DNA of 64,000 bases from contig JBBSXB010000003.1 in NCBI GenBank assembly GCA_038046005.1, positions 17,328-81,327 of the forward strand. The letters run 5' to 3'. Source of the stretch: Nanobdellota archaeon (GTDB taxonomy: Archaea; Nanobdellota; Nanobdellia; Pacearchaeales; GW2011-AR1). Positions 49,418 to 57,573 of this stretch are shown here, piece by piece (within the stretch, counting starts at the first letter, position 1; each line of letters starts with the position of its first letter). A model generated the notes under the pieces. The model was not told where the DNA came from. It did no database searches and worked only from the letters and a program-made list of their open reading frames with translations. The translations under genes were made by a program, and so were the position numbers.

Positions 49418-49666
49418 TTAATTAAAATATTTCAAGCAATCTTGTGTTTCTGCATGATGTCCTAAGTGTTCTTTCCAAGCAGTTATATCTTGTCCGGCTG
49501 GAGGCCTGCATTCTTCGGGCATGTTTGCGTAACTTCCAGAACTAACAGAATTAGCGCTGGCTTTCCCACCAAAATTTAGTTTAATAAGTCCAGCACTTAC
49601 TAGGCCCAAAAATAAAACAAGAATTATTGCTGCTCCATAAATTATTACTTTATTGTCCATTAACAT
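49418..49666 (-). CDS. small anchored protein with Cys/His motif (82 aa)
   Basis: N-terminal TM; ECRPPAGQDITAWKEHLGHHAETQDC. Confidence 0.35.
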   Translation of the reverse strand: MLMDNKVIIYGAAIILVLFLGLVSAGLIKLNFGGKASANSVSSGSYANMPEECRPPAGQDITAWKEHLGHHAETQDCLKYFN

Positions 49667-50140
49667 TTATCTCCTTACAGCTTTTACTTTTGTAAAAGAT
49701 GTTTGCGGAATTTTTAATTCCAGCTTTGCCATCTTATTTTTGTGATGCAACATAAATCCAATTCCAAAAATACTCGAGGCTATTCCAATCGAAAAGAAAA
49801 CTTTTTGGTAAGCCATTAAAAATGTAGCCAGTCCAGCTAGCCCAATAAACGGAATAATATTCAGTAAAAAATGAGAGCAGCAAACAACCATGCTTCCTCC
49901 AGAAACTGTTCCAGATGCTACAACTCCTGCGCTTATTCTAGCATCATACTTTATTGATAAATACAGACCTATCTGTGTTCCAAATCCTATTGCCAAAGGA
50001 ATAAGCCAATACCATAATCTTTTGAACTCGTATATTGCAATTCCGTAACCTTGAAATATAATAAGTATTAGCATAAAAAATAATAATATTCCTGCTCCAG
50101 ATAAAATTCCGTAAATCAATGCTTTTTTATTAATTTTCAT
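49667..50140 (-). CDS. membrane protein with vicinal Cys pair in a TM helix (157 aa)
   Basis: SGGSMVVCCSHFLLNIIPFIGLAG, reminiscent of the MerT-type CC motif (weak similarity). Confidence 0.4.
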   Translation of the reverse strand: MKINKKALIYGILSGAGILLFFMLILIIFQGYGIAIYEFKRLWYWLIPLAIGFGTQIGLYLSIKYDARISAGVVASGTVSGGSMVVCCSHFLLNIIPFIGLAGLATFLMAYQKVFFSIGIASSIFGIGFMLHHKNKMAKLELKIPQTSFTKVKAVRR

Positions 50141-50286
50141 TTTAGTCTTACATTATGCTAAGTAAACTAACAACTAATAATCCAATAATAATTATTACAA
50201 TTGCTATAACTTTCCAAGATACTTTCTTTTCTTCTTCTTGGCTGTCGTTATTTAAAGAAGAGTTTTGATTTTGACAGCAGTTCACT

Positions 50287-50487
50287 TTACACCCCATTAT
50301 GTTGGTTATGATTAGAATGGCCTCGCATCATCCATACATGAGCCCCAATCATCATTAAAACAACAAAGGCAAGAGTCCATTGAGAGGATACACCAAATTT
50401 TGGTAGTATTAAAAATAACAACATCGGAGCTAAGTGAGCCACTGTCATAATTATCATGTGTTTAGAATGATTATTTTCATGCATCAT
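50287..50487 (-). CDS. small His-rich membrane protein (66 aa)
   Basis: Two TM helices flanked by HENNHSKH and RGHSNHNQHNG. Confidence 0.35.
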   Translation of the reverse strand: MMHENNHSKHMIIMTVAHLAPMLLFLILPKFGVSSQWTLAFVVLMMIGAHVWMMRGHSNHNQHNGV

Positions 50488-50488
50488 T

Positions 50489-50965
50489 TTAGTTCATTTC
50501 TCCATAAACTGTATCATTGCTCAATTTTTGCCCAGCATATTTTTCTTCTAGTTTAGATTTTACTTCATCTTTTGTTTTTCCTTCGTTGTAAAGGCCCTTG
50601 GCGTACAAAGCGTCTTCGTAACACAAACCACATTCGCTGGCATGGGCATCCCATTTTCCTCCGCTATTAACATCTCCTTGCATGAAGCAGTCTAATAATC
50701 CACGGGAGTGAATTCTGCTTCCATGGGCTTCCGCACCCTCAGGAGTCCCACAACCACAATTGCATGGCAGACCATCAAGCCTTTCCTGGTTTAGTTTTGC
50801 ATAGGAATACGCTTCTTTTATTTGGGGTTTTAACATTGCATAATTTGGCAGATTCATGGGGTTTGCATAAGCCATTTTGATCAAAAAAATCCCGCCGACT
50901 ATACTAATTATCAAAATTCCAATCCAGATATAATTATAATTTTTCATTTTTACTCCTTGCAGCAC
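50489..50965 (-). CDS. anchored Cys-rich protein with PCYCGC-like motif
   Basis: N-terminal TM, then LPCNCGCGTPEGAEAHGSRIHSRGLLDC...ECGLCYEDA; the motif resembles the PCYCGC domain family. Confidence 0.45.
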   Translation of the reverse strand: MLQGVKMKNYNYIWIGILIISIVGGIFLIKMAYANPMNLPNYAMLKPQIKEAYSYAKLNQERLDGLPCNCGCGTPEGAEAHGSRIHSRGLLDCFMQGDVNSGGKWDAHASECGLCYEDALYAKGLYNEGKTKDEVKSKLEEKYAGQKLSNDTVYGEMN

Positions 50966-51426
50966 TCCAGAAATTTTTTTACTGATGTAAAAATTCCTTT
51001 TTCATTTTTATTTTCTATTTTTATCTTATCTTCAGACTGTAAATTCAGTTTCCAGAACAAGCCATAAAGTTCAGCAGCATCTTTATACAACTCTTTTGCC
51101 TCTTTTGTTTTTCCTTCTCTAAGAAGTCTGTTCCCAACCTCATACAATCTCATGCTTGAAGCAAGGAAATGCTTGCTCATGCACCATTTCTCACTTTCAT
51201 CATCTTTTTTAACTATCAAAGCAAGAAGTTTTTCTCTCAACTCTCTGACTTCATTTAATATTTCAAGATATTTATCTTCATTTGTTTTTACATAGCTGAA
51301 AAAAGCATGTTCCTCTAAACTGACTAGGTTCATGATGCTGATGCTTAAGTCTTCCCAAGCTGAAATATCCAGACTTTCTTTTCCCTTTATTTCTTCTATT
51401 TTTTTTATAAAATTTTTTGTTTCCAT
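50950..51426 (-). CDS. hypothetical soluble protein (158 aa)
   Basis: Helical, C-terminal CCKE; no family. Confidence 0.35.
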   Translation of the reverse strand: METKNFIKKIEEIKGKESLDISAWEDLSISIMNLVSLEEHAFFSYVKTNEDKYLEILNEVRELREKLLALIVKKDDESEKWCMSKHFLASSMRLYEVGNRLLREGKTKEAKELYKDAAELYGLFWKLNLQSEDKIKIENKNEKGIFTSVKKFLECCKE

Positions 51427-51427
51427 A

Positions 51428-51976
51428 TCAAAATATTACTAAAAACAAAATAGCGTTTAGTACTAAACCTCCAAATGTAAATATTATTGTTTGATAATTA
51501 AACAGGACTCTTCCTTTTTTTTGTTTTACCTTATTGCTGAATGAAAATGCCAAAAGAGAGACCAGGCTTCCGGACAAAGTTCCAAAAACAATTTTTTCTA
51601 TCCCAAAAATCCTATACACATTACCTAATCCGAAAAGGCCGGCATAATAAAAACTCAAGAATGTTAATACAAATGTTGCTGCAGTTATACTGGAAATCCT
51701 TAAAAATGGGCTTCCTCCGATATTTTTCTTTTTCAGTATGTTATTCACCCATAATGCGCTTGAAATTATCATTGCTCCAACAAAGATTCCTATTATTGAG
51801 TCATCCATTCCCAAAGACCTTGTTACTCCGACACCAATAATTGTTGCTCCTGTGCATAATGGGCAGTGGGCCATGACTCTTGGTATGACTGCAATTATGC
51901 TGATCAATGGCATAAGTAGCAAAGCTAATATTTTGTTTTTCTTCCGTTGTTTATCTTGCGCGTTTATCTTTGTCAT
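51428..51976 (-). CDS. membrane protein with CPLC motif (182 aa)
   Basis: VMAHCPLCTGATIIGVG in the first TM; second CPLC-containing membrane protein in the island. Confidence 0.4.
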   Translation of the reverse strand: MTKINAQDKQRKKNKILALLLMPLISIIAVIPRVMAHCPLCTGATIIGVGVTRSLGMDDSIIGIFVGAMIISSALWVNNILKKKNIGGSPFLRISSITAATFVLTFLSFYYAGLFGLGNVYRIFGIEKIVFGTLSGSLVSLLAFSFSNKVKQKKGRVLFNYQTIIFTFGGLVLNAILFLVIF

Positions 51977-52036
51977 ATTTCTTCCTATTATTATTTACTA
52001 TAAATTAAAAAATTAAAAAATAAAATTTAAAATTGG

Positions 52037-52273
52037 CTAACAGCCTCCGACCATTCCAGCCCCTGCAGATGTGCTTGGTGCACTGCCCTGAGCTTTTGCA
52101 GGAACTACTCCATGCATTTCATAGTTCATTTTTTCGTTTTCTGTCCAGCCAGATGTGTCAATTTTTTCATTTCCACTTCCTTCTGCACTTATAGTTGACA
52201 CTTTAAATGTCAAAAAGAGCACTACTAAAAACAACCCACCTATCACTATCCACATAAATGTTTTTCTTTCCAT
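52037..52273 (-). CDS. small anchored protein ending in GMVGGC (78 aa)
   Basis: N-terminal TM (WIVIGGLFLVVLFLTFKVS), Ser/Ala/Gly-rich linker, C-terminus ...SAGAGMVGGC-stop. Confidence 0.45.
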   Translation of the reverse strand: MERKTFMWIVIGGLFLVVLFLTFKVSTISAEGSGNEKIDTSGWTENEKMNYEMHGVVPAKAQGSAPSTSAGAGMVGGC

Positions 52274-52368
52274 ATTGAACCTCCTTTCATGTTTTGTATT
52301 TTCATTTTTATCATGTTTTTTCTCTCATTATCTTTAAAATAAAAAAATAAAAAAATAAAAAATTGTTT

Positions 52369-53076
52369 TTAGCAACCCCCAACCATTCCTCCTCCAGCTG
52401 GTTGTGTTTGGCCTTTTTCTGCTCCTCTATACAAGTTGCTTGCTAAGTTGATGTAGTTTGTTGGATCTACTCCTTTGGCTGTTAAAGCTTGAGCCTTTTG
52501 TTCATGAACCCCTGGAAAGAACAAAACTTTCCATTTTCCAAGTTCATTTAATATTTGTTCATCAGTTATGTCAGGATGTTTAGTTAGCAAATATTTTGCC
52601 AATCCCCTCATTGCATAACTATGTGCGCATCCACAAGCTCTTTGCCCATTGCTAAATACAAGACTTTGTGCACCACAGCAATACTCACAAGCGATTGAGC
52701 TACCTATTTTCACATATCGCTTCATTTGTGTTTCATCTAACTGCATATCTTCATAAGCAGTCAACTTTTGAATTGCTGCCTCAGTTGACTGGGCGTTGTT
52801 TGCAGAAACATCGTCATACTTAACTTTAAGTTCTGTTCCATACACCTCTGGAACTCCTTGGGGTATTATCTTAGACGCAGAAACAACTCCGGGCACAGTT
52901 GCTATAGACCCGCCAGTTGTGCTATCGATGCTGGAAATCTTTCCCACATCGTAAACTATCAATAAGGCGAGAACAGCTACAAGGGCAATTTGTATTGCAA
53001 ACTCATAGTTAAACTTTTTTTCTTTGTGTTCTATTTTGTTTTCATTTTTTTCCATTTTATTATTGCAACAATCCAT
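52369..53076 (-). CDS. anchored Cys-rich protein ending in GMVGGC (about 235 aa)
   Basis: TM anchor; CEYCCG...CGCAHSYAMRG block resembling the 158-aa PCYCGC-like protein; C-terminus ...PAGGGMVGGC-stop. Start placed at ATG (MDCCNN); a TTG 12 nt upstream is the alternative. Confidence 0.5.
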   Translation of the reverse strand: MDCCNNKMEKNENKIEHKEKKFNYEFAIQIALVAVLALLIVYDVGKISSIDSTTGGSIATVPGVVSASKIIPQGVPEVYGTELKVKYDDVSANNAQSTEAAIQKLTAYEDMQLDETQMKRYVKIGSSIACEYCCGAQSLVFSNGQRACGCAHSYAMRGLAKYLLTKHPDITDEQILNELGKWKVLFFPGVHEQKAQALTAKGVDPTNYINLASNLYRGAEKGQTQPAGGGMVGGC

Positions 53077-53081
53077 TTTAG

Positions 53082-53252
53082 TTAACAACCTCCAACCATT
53101 CCACTTGAAGCCGAAGTTGCTGCTGCCTGAGTTGTTTGCACTGCTGTGCTGACATCAACATTCCCCGATCCAAGTTTAAACGTTAGGAACAAAGTAGCTA
53201 TGAACAATACAGCTATTACTCCCCACAATACCGTTTTTCCTTTTATTTCCAT
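53082..53252 (-). CDS. small anchored protein ending in GMVGGC (56 aa, below ORF-track cutoff)
   Basis: Found by reading the reverse strand: MEIKGKTVLWGVIAVLFIATLFLTFKLGSGNVDVSTAVQTTQAAATSASSGMVGGC-stop. The N-terminal TM resembles that of the 78-aa paralog. Confidence 0.4.
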   Translation of the reverse strand: MEIKGKTVLWGVIAVLFIATLFLTFKLGSGNVDVSTAVQTTQAAATSASSGMVGGC

Positions 53253-53436
53253 GTTGTCCTCCTTTCAATTGTCTAATGAAGTTAAACATGCGGCTGGTTT
53301 TGTTTTCCATGCTTTTTTTAAGAAATAGAATTATATATGCTCTTTTGTGAAACTAGTTTCACTATGATCTTTTTAAAGAAAATATAAGAAAAATGTGAAT
53401 TTAAATAAAAATAAAGAAACAGAAAAAATTAATTTT

Positions 53437-53703
53437 TTAAGAAAATTTATTGTAGATTATGGCAAAAAACCATCCTATTATCCATCCAAGAACAAAAGCT
53501 TCAATCAAACCAATTATTATGCTTCCCAAGGAAACAGATGTTTTTGCTATTTGTGTTATATCAATTCCATGAAAGATATTGCTAAAGATGCTCGTTGCTG
53601 TCCCTGGAAAAACTAAGACAAAAACCGCGCATAAAAATGATACTCCTACAAAAACAACTCCAAGCGTGTTAGCAACTCTTTTTGGATTTAATTTATCAGC
53701 CAT
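53437..53703 (-). CDS. small membrane protein (88 aa)
   Basis: Three predicted TM helices; no motif. Confidence 0.35.
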   Translation of the reverse strand: MADKLNPKRVANTLGVVFVGVSFLCAVFVLVFPGTATSIFSNIFHGIDITQIAKTSVSLGSIIIGLIEAFVLGWIIGWFFAIIYNKFS

Positions 53704-53841
53704 TTTTTCCTCCTTTCAACTTTTTTCTTTTTGTTTATTTCAAAATTGCATAGTTTATTTTTATTGCATTCATCTCTACATTTGTACCAACCACTTAACT
53801 TATTTAGCCTTTTCATCTTGAATATGCATCACAAAATATTA

Positions 53842-54342
53842 TTAATTCTCTTTTAGCACAACAACATTAGTCATGCCCCTTCTCTTTCTTTCAACAAGGC
53901 CTTTCCCTTCCAATCTATCAATAATTCTGGACATCTTGGCTTTGCCAAACTCTGTTTTTTCAATTAAATCTGCCTGGAAAACTGCCCCTTGTTCTTCTAT
54001 TATTTTATAGACTGTTTTATCCTCACGACGTAGGTCTGTCACATCAATTTTTTTCCCTTTTTCTGGTTTTATTTTCTTAATGACTATTCTCTCATTTGGC
54101 TTTGAAAAAATTAAAAACAAACTAAAAATAATCAACACACCTATAATGCCCAAGGCTAGATATGTTTGATAATTTACAGAATCATACATCTCACAGGATA
54201 CAATATTCCCATGCTGTATAAAACAGCTATTTTGTACGGACTCAGTTAAAGTATTATTGAATAAATAAGTAAAAACTATGAGCAAAGCAGATATTCCTAG
54301 CAATAGCCAGCCAACATTTTTATTTTCCATTCTTATCCCCAT
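53842..54342 (-). CDS. membrane-anchored winged-helix regulator-like protein
   Basis: Two TM helices, then C-terminal wHTH (YKIIEEQGAVFQADLIEKTEFGKAKMSRIIDRLEGKGLVERKRRG). First gene of the unidirectional island. Confidence 0.5.
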   Translation of the reverse strand: MGIRMENKNVGWLLLGISALLIVFTYLFNNTLTESVQNSCFIQHGNIVSCEMYDSVNYQTYLALGIIGVLIIFSLFLIFSKPNERIVIKKIKPEKGKKIDVTDLRREDKTVYKIIEEQGAVFQADLIEKTEFGKAKMSRIIDRLEGKGLVERKRRGMTNVVVLKEN

Positions 54343-54461
54343 TACAACCTAATTTGAGTATGCTTTTGTTTATCATATGTTATCACCATACATGTGACTA
54401 TTTAAAGTTTTCTCTAAGGGCAAAAAATTAAGAATTAAAATTATAAAGTAAAAATAAAAAA

Positions 54462-55202
54462 TTAAGCAGCTAAAGCAGCGTCAATGGCCTGTTGGAATGC
54501 AGTAAAAGGTTGTGCACCACTTATTAATTTACCATTTACAAAAAATGCGGGTGTTCCTTGAACTCCATAGCTTTGACCTTCCGTAGAATCTTTCTGAACT
54601 TCTAAGGCTGTTTCTCCAGAATCTAGACAAGTGGCAAACTTAGTTGCGTCAAGTCCTAATTCCTGTGCATATTTTTTCAAACTAGGGACATCCAAAGCTC
54701 CCTGATTTGCAAAAAGTTTATCATGCATCTTGAAATATACAACATCTCCCCCTTGTTTCCTGGCACATTCTACAGCTTCTGCGGCTTTTTGTGCAAAAGG
54801 ATGAATACTATTCAAGGGAAAGTCTCTGAAGACTAATCTTGCTTTTCCAGTATCAATATAGTTCTTTTGTATCTGGGGCAAAGTGTCTGTCCAGAATCTT
54901 CCACAGAATGGACATTGGTAATCAGAAAATTCAACTATTGTAACCTTGGCATCTTTTTTTCCAGTCATTGCATCATCATCAATGCTTACTTTCACAGCGC
55001 TTGGTGTTGGTGCTGTAGGATTTGCAGTAGGTGTTGGTGCAACAGCTGCTCCTGTAGTTGGAGCTCCATTTTTTCCCAATCCGAAACCCCCTGTGAAAAG
55101 ACTTACCACTAAAAGTGCAGCGAAAACAAAAGCCGCTCCTTTCCATAAGCTATCTTTTTTTATGGTTATTGCCCCACTTTCTTCGTTTTTTTCTTCACTC
55201 AT
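54462..55202 (-). CDS. DsbA-like thiol:disulfide oxidoreductase (thioredoxin fold), membrane-anchored
   Basis: N-terminal TM, Ala/Pro/Thr linker, then FSDYQCPFCGRFW active site with DsbA-like surroundings. Confidence 0.75.
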   Translation of the reverse strand: MSEEKNEESGAITIKKDSLWKGAAFVFAALLVVSLFTGGFGLGKNGAPTTGAAVAPTPTANPTAPTPSAVKVSIDDDAMTGKKDAKVTIVEFSDYQCPFCGRFWTDTLPQIQKNYIDTGKARLVFRDFPLNSIHPFAQKAAEAVECARKQGGDVVYFKMHDKLFANQGALDVPSLKKYAQELGLDATKFATCLDSGETALEVQKDSTEGQSYGVQGTPAFFVNGKLISGAQPFTAFQQAIDAALAA

Positions 55203-55303
55203 TTTTATACCTCCTTACATTGATTAAACATGTTTGCAAATTTACTCAAAATAAGTAAAAATCCTAATAACTTATTTTTTATAAACTTTCTGGTTTTCGA
55301 AAG

Positions 55304-55972
55304 CTATTTTTCATATATTATTGATTCTTCTTTTGCGCCTAATTTTATCAAATTTTCTTTTATATCCTTCACAAAAAATGCTGGGCCACATACGTAAAAA
55401 TGCTGATTGAAATCTTTTATTCTTTTGCTCAAGAACTTTTTGTCTATCTTTCCGTGTTCATATCCTTTTCTTTTCTCTTCAGTCAAAGTCAAAATTAAAT
55501 TTTCTTTAAACGTATTGATTAACTCTTTTTCAAAAAGAATGTCTTCCTGCTTTTTATTTGAGAATATTAAGGTGTTGCCTTCTAACTTATTTTCTTTTTT
55601 AAGCTGTCTTGATATTGCAACAAAAGGAGTGACTCCTGTCCCTCCAGCAATGAAGACTCCCTTTCCTTTGTAACTTATTGTTCCAAATGGGTCTTCTATA
55701 ATCAATTCATCTCCCGGCTTCAATTCATGCAGCTTTTCAGTGACTCCGTCTTTGTATTTTTTTATTGTGAATTCTAAAACTAAATCATCATTTAAGCCGC
55801 ATATTGTGAAAGCTCTTTTTTTCTGTTCAAATCCGGGCTTGTTTATTGAAATATCAGTAGCCTGCCCAGGCACAAACTTGTAACCCTCTGGTTTTTCAAC
55901 TAAAAAACTCATGGCATTGTGGCTCATAAAACCAATCTTCATAATTTTCAGAATTTTTACTTTGTGGGACAT
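55304..55972 (-). CDS. FAD/NAD(P)-binding oxidoreductase (ferredoxin-NADP reductase-like)
   Basis: RAFTICG (RxY[ST]-type FAD motif), GGTGVTPF NAD(P) motif, C-terminal YVCGP. Confidence 0.65.
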   Translation of the reverse strand: MSHKVKILKIMKIGFMSHNAMSFLVEKPEGYKFVPGQATDISINKPGFEQKKRAFTICGLNDDLVLEFTIKKYKDGVTEKLHELKPGDELIIEDPFGTISYKGKGVFIAGGTGVTPFVAISRQLKKENKLEGNTLIFSNKKQEDILFEKELINTFKENLILTLTEEKRKGYEHGKIDKKFLSKRIKDFNQHFYVCGPAFFVKDIKENLIKLGAKEESIIYEK

Positions 55973-55987
55973 TATTTAACTCCGTTT

Positions 55988-56761
55988 TTAAATCGCTTTT
56001 ATCTCCTTTTCATATTTTTGGACAAATTTCCAGGATTTTTTTAAGAAATCTTCAAAATCTTCCCTATTGTCATAAAATTCCTGCAAATATAATAATAAAG
56101 GCTTACCATTTAATTTAAAATTTTCATACACATTATATGAAGTGAATTTATATTTGAATATTTTTTGAATCCTTTTATCATTTAAAATTATTTTAGGGAC
56201 CATTTCACTTAAATGCCAAATTAAGTGAGGATTATCAAATTCTTTTTCCTTAGTTTTTGGAAAAACTTTTTTCCATTTGTCAAAATATATAAAATGTGAT
56301 AGTTCATGAATAGCCACTCTTATCATATCTTTATCATTAAACCTATAGAAAAGATCAAATGTTCGAACTTTAATATATCTAGGGCAAATTGTGTTCAGAG
56401 AAACTCTCCCATAAACTTTTTTATCTTTTTCATCCCATTTTTGTTCTACAATTTCAGATAAGGCAAGCATTATTTTATTATTTATCTTATCCCACTCTTT
56501 TTGGAAATAATCTCTTTTTCTCTCTAACTCATTCTTTTCTTTTTTGAAAACTTCCTCAAAAAAATTATGCTCAATTTCTTTTCTTTTTTTTATCTCTTTA
56601 ACTCCATCCAATTTGCTCTTTAGTTTTGAATAACCTTCATAAATTCTGCTACTCCAATCCCAATTTCTTTTTTTAGATGGATTTAGAAAATGATGTATTA
56701 ACTGAAATGTTTCGTTTAATGGTGCAACACTAAATTCTAACTTAGGTATATTTTCTTTCAT
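55988..56761 (-). CDS. hypothetical protein with HExxH (HELSHF) motif
   Basis: VAIHELSHFIYF; shares the HELSHF motif with the ORF at 10005..10763. Confidence 0.4.
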   Translation of the reverse strand: MKENIPKLEFSVAPLNETFQLIHHFLNPSKKRNWDWSSRIYEGYSKLKSKLDGVKEIKKRKEIEHNFFEEVFKKEKNELERKRDYFQKEWDKINNKIMLALSEIVEQKWDEKDKKVYGRVSLNTICPRYIKVRTFDLFYRFNDKDMIRVAIHELSHFIYFDKWKKVFPKTKEKEFDNPHLIWHLSEMVPKIILNDKRIQKIFKYKFTSYNVYENFKLNGKPLLLYLQEFYDNREDFEDFLKKSWKFVQKYEKEIKAI

Positions 56762-57003
56762 TTTCCCTTTCTCCTATTCAGTTCCTTCACCAATTCATCA
56801 ACATCTTTCTTTGTCATACCATGAACGGCAGCTCCCTGTTCTATTGTTTCATGAACAGACATGGGGCATCCGACACACCCAAAACCAACTTCATAAAGTG
56901 TTTCCATGGCGTCCGGGTTTTCTTCAATGAGATCTCCAATTTTCATGTCTTTGGTTATTTTTTTCTTTGAAACTTTTGTTTTTTTTGGGATTTTGGGTTT
57001 CAT
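56758..57003 (-). CDS. DUF1858-type small redox-disulfide protein
   Basis: GFGCVGCPMSVHETIEQGAAVHG matches the DUF1858 (hybrid-cluster-protein-associated) family signature. Confidence 0.6.
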   Translation of the reverse strand: MKPKIPKKTKVSKKKITKDMKIGDLIEENPDAMETLYEVGFGCVGCPMSVHETIEQGAAVHGMTKKDVDELVKELNRRKGK

Positions 57004-57569
57004 TTTAAATGTTCTGTGGAGTTTAATAGATGAATTTTGTGTTTTTTATTTTCATTTATCTCAAAAACATTCACTGAGGTTGGTCCGGGAGTTTCCTGTT
57101 CTCTTATATAAATTGCTGGTTTATTCATTATCACAGACACAAAAGCTCTATTAAGCATACCATGACCAACAATCAAAACCGTTGAATTTTTATTTTTTTT
57201 GTAAATCTCGTTTAAAAAATTCTTACCTCTCACATACAATTGGTCAATTGTCTCAGAATCTTCTGGAAATTTTAATCCTTTTGTTTCCTTATATGTTTTT
57301 CCAGTAAAACTTCCAGCATGTATCTCTCTTAATTTGTCAGTGTAAAAAACTTTAACATTCTTGTGAAATTTAATTATCTCTTTTGTTGTATCAATTGCTC
57401 TTTTTAAGTCACTAGAATAGATTACATCAATTTTCTCGTCTTTCAATCTTAAAGCTAACTTTTTTGTCTGTTCTTTGCCTTCTTTACTTAAATTTCCAGG
57501 CATGTGTCCTTGATGTATCTCCTTTACATTTTCTTCAGTTTCACCATGTCTAACAATTATTAATTTCAT
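57000..57569 (-). CDS. histidine phosphatase (phosphoglycerate mutase family)
   Basis: MKLIIVRHGETEEN catalytic motif and a second His region (VLIVGHGMLNR). Confidence 0.8.
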   Translation of the reverse strand: MKLIIVRHGETEENVKEIHQGHMPGNLSKEGKEQTKKLALRLKDEKIDVIYSSDLKRAIDTTKEIIKFHKNVKVFYTDKLREIHAGSFTGKTYKETKGLKFPEDSETIDQLYVRGKNFLNEIYKKNKNSTVLIVGHGMLNRAFVSVIMNKPAIYIREQETPGPTSVNVFEINENKKHKIHLLNSTEHLK

Positions 57570-57573
57570 CTTC

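Noticed and set aside
52321-52366. A/T low-complexity run (aaaataaaaaaataaaaaaataaaaaa) as a possible repeat element
   Set aside because: It is a simple oligo-A/T tract in an intergenic region of a very AT-rich genome, most likely a terminator or spacer composition rather than a structured repeat.
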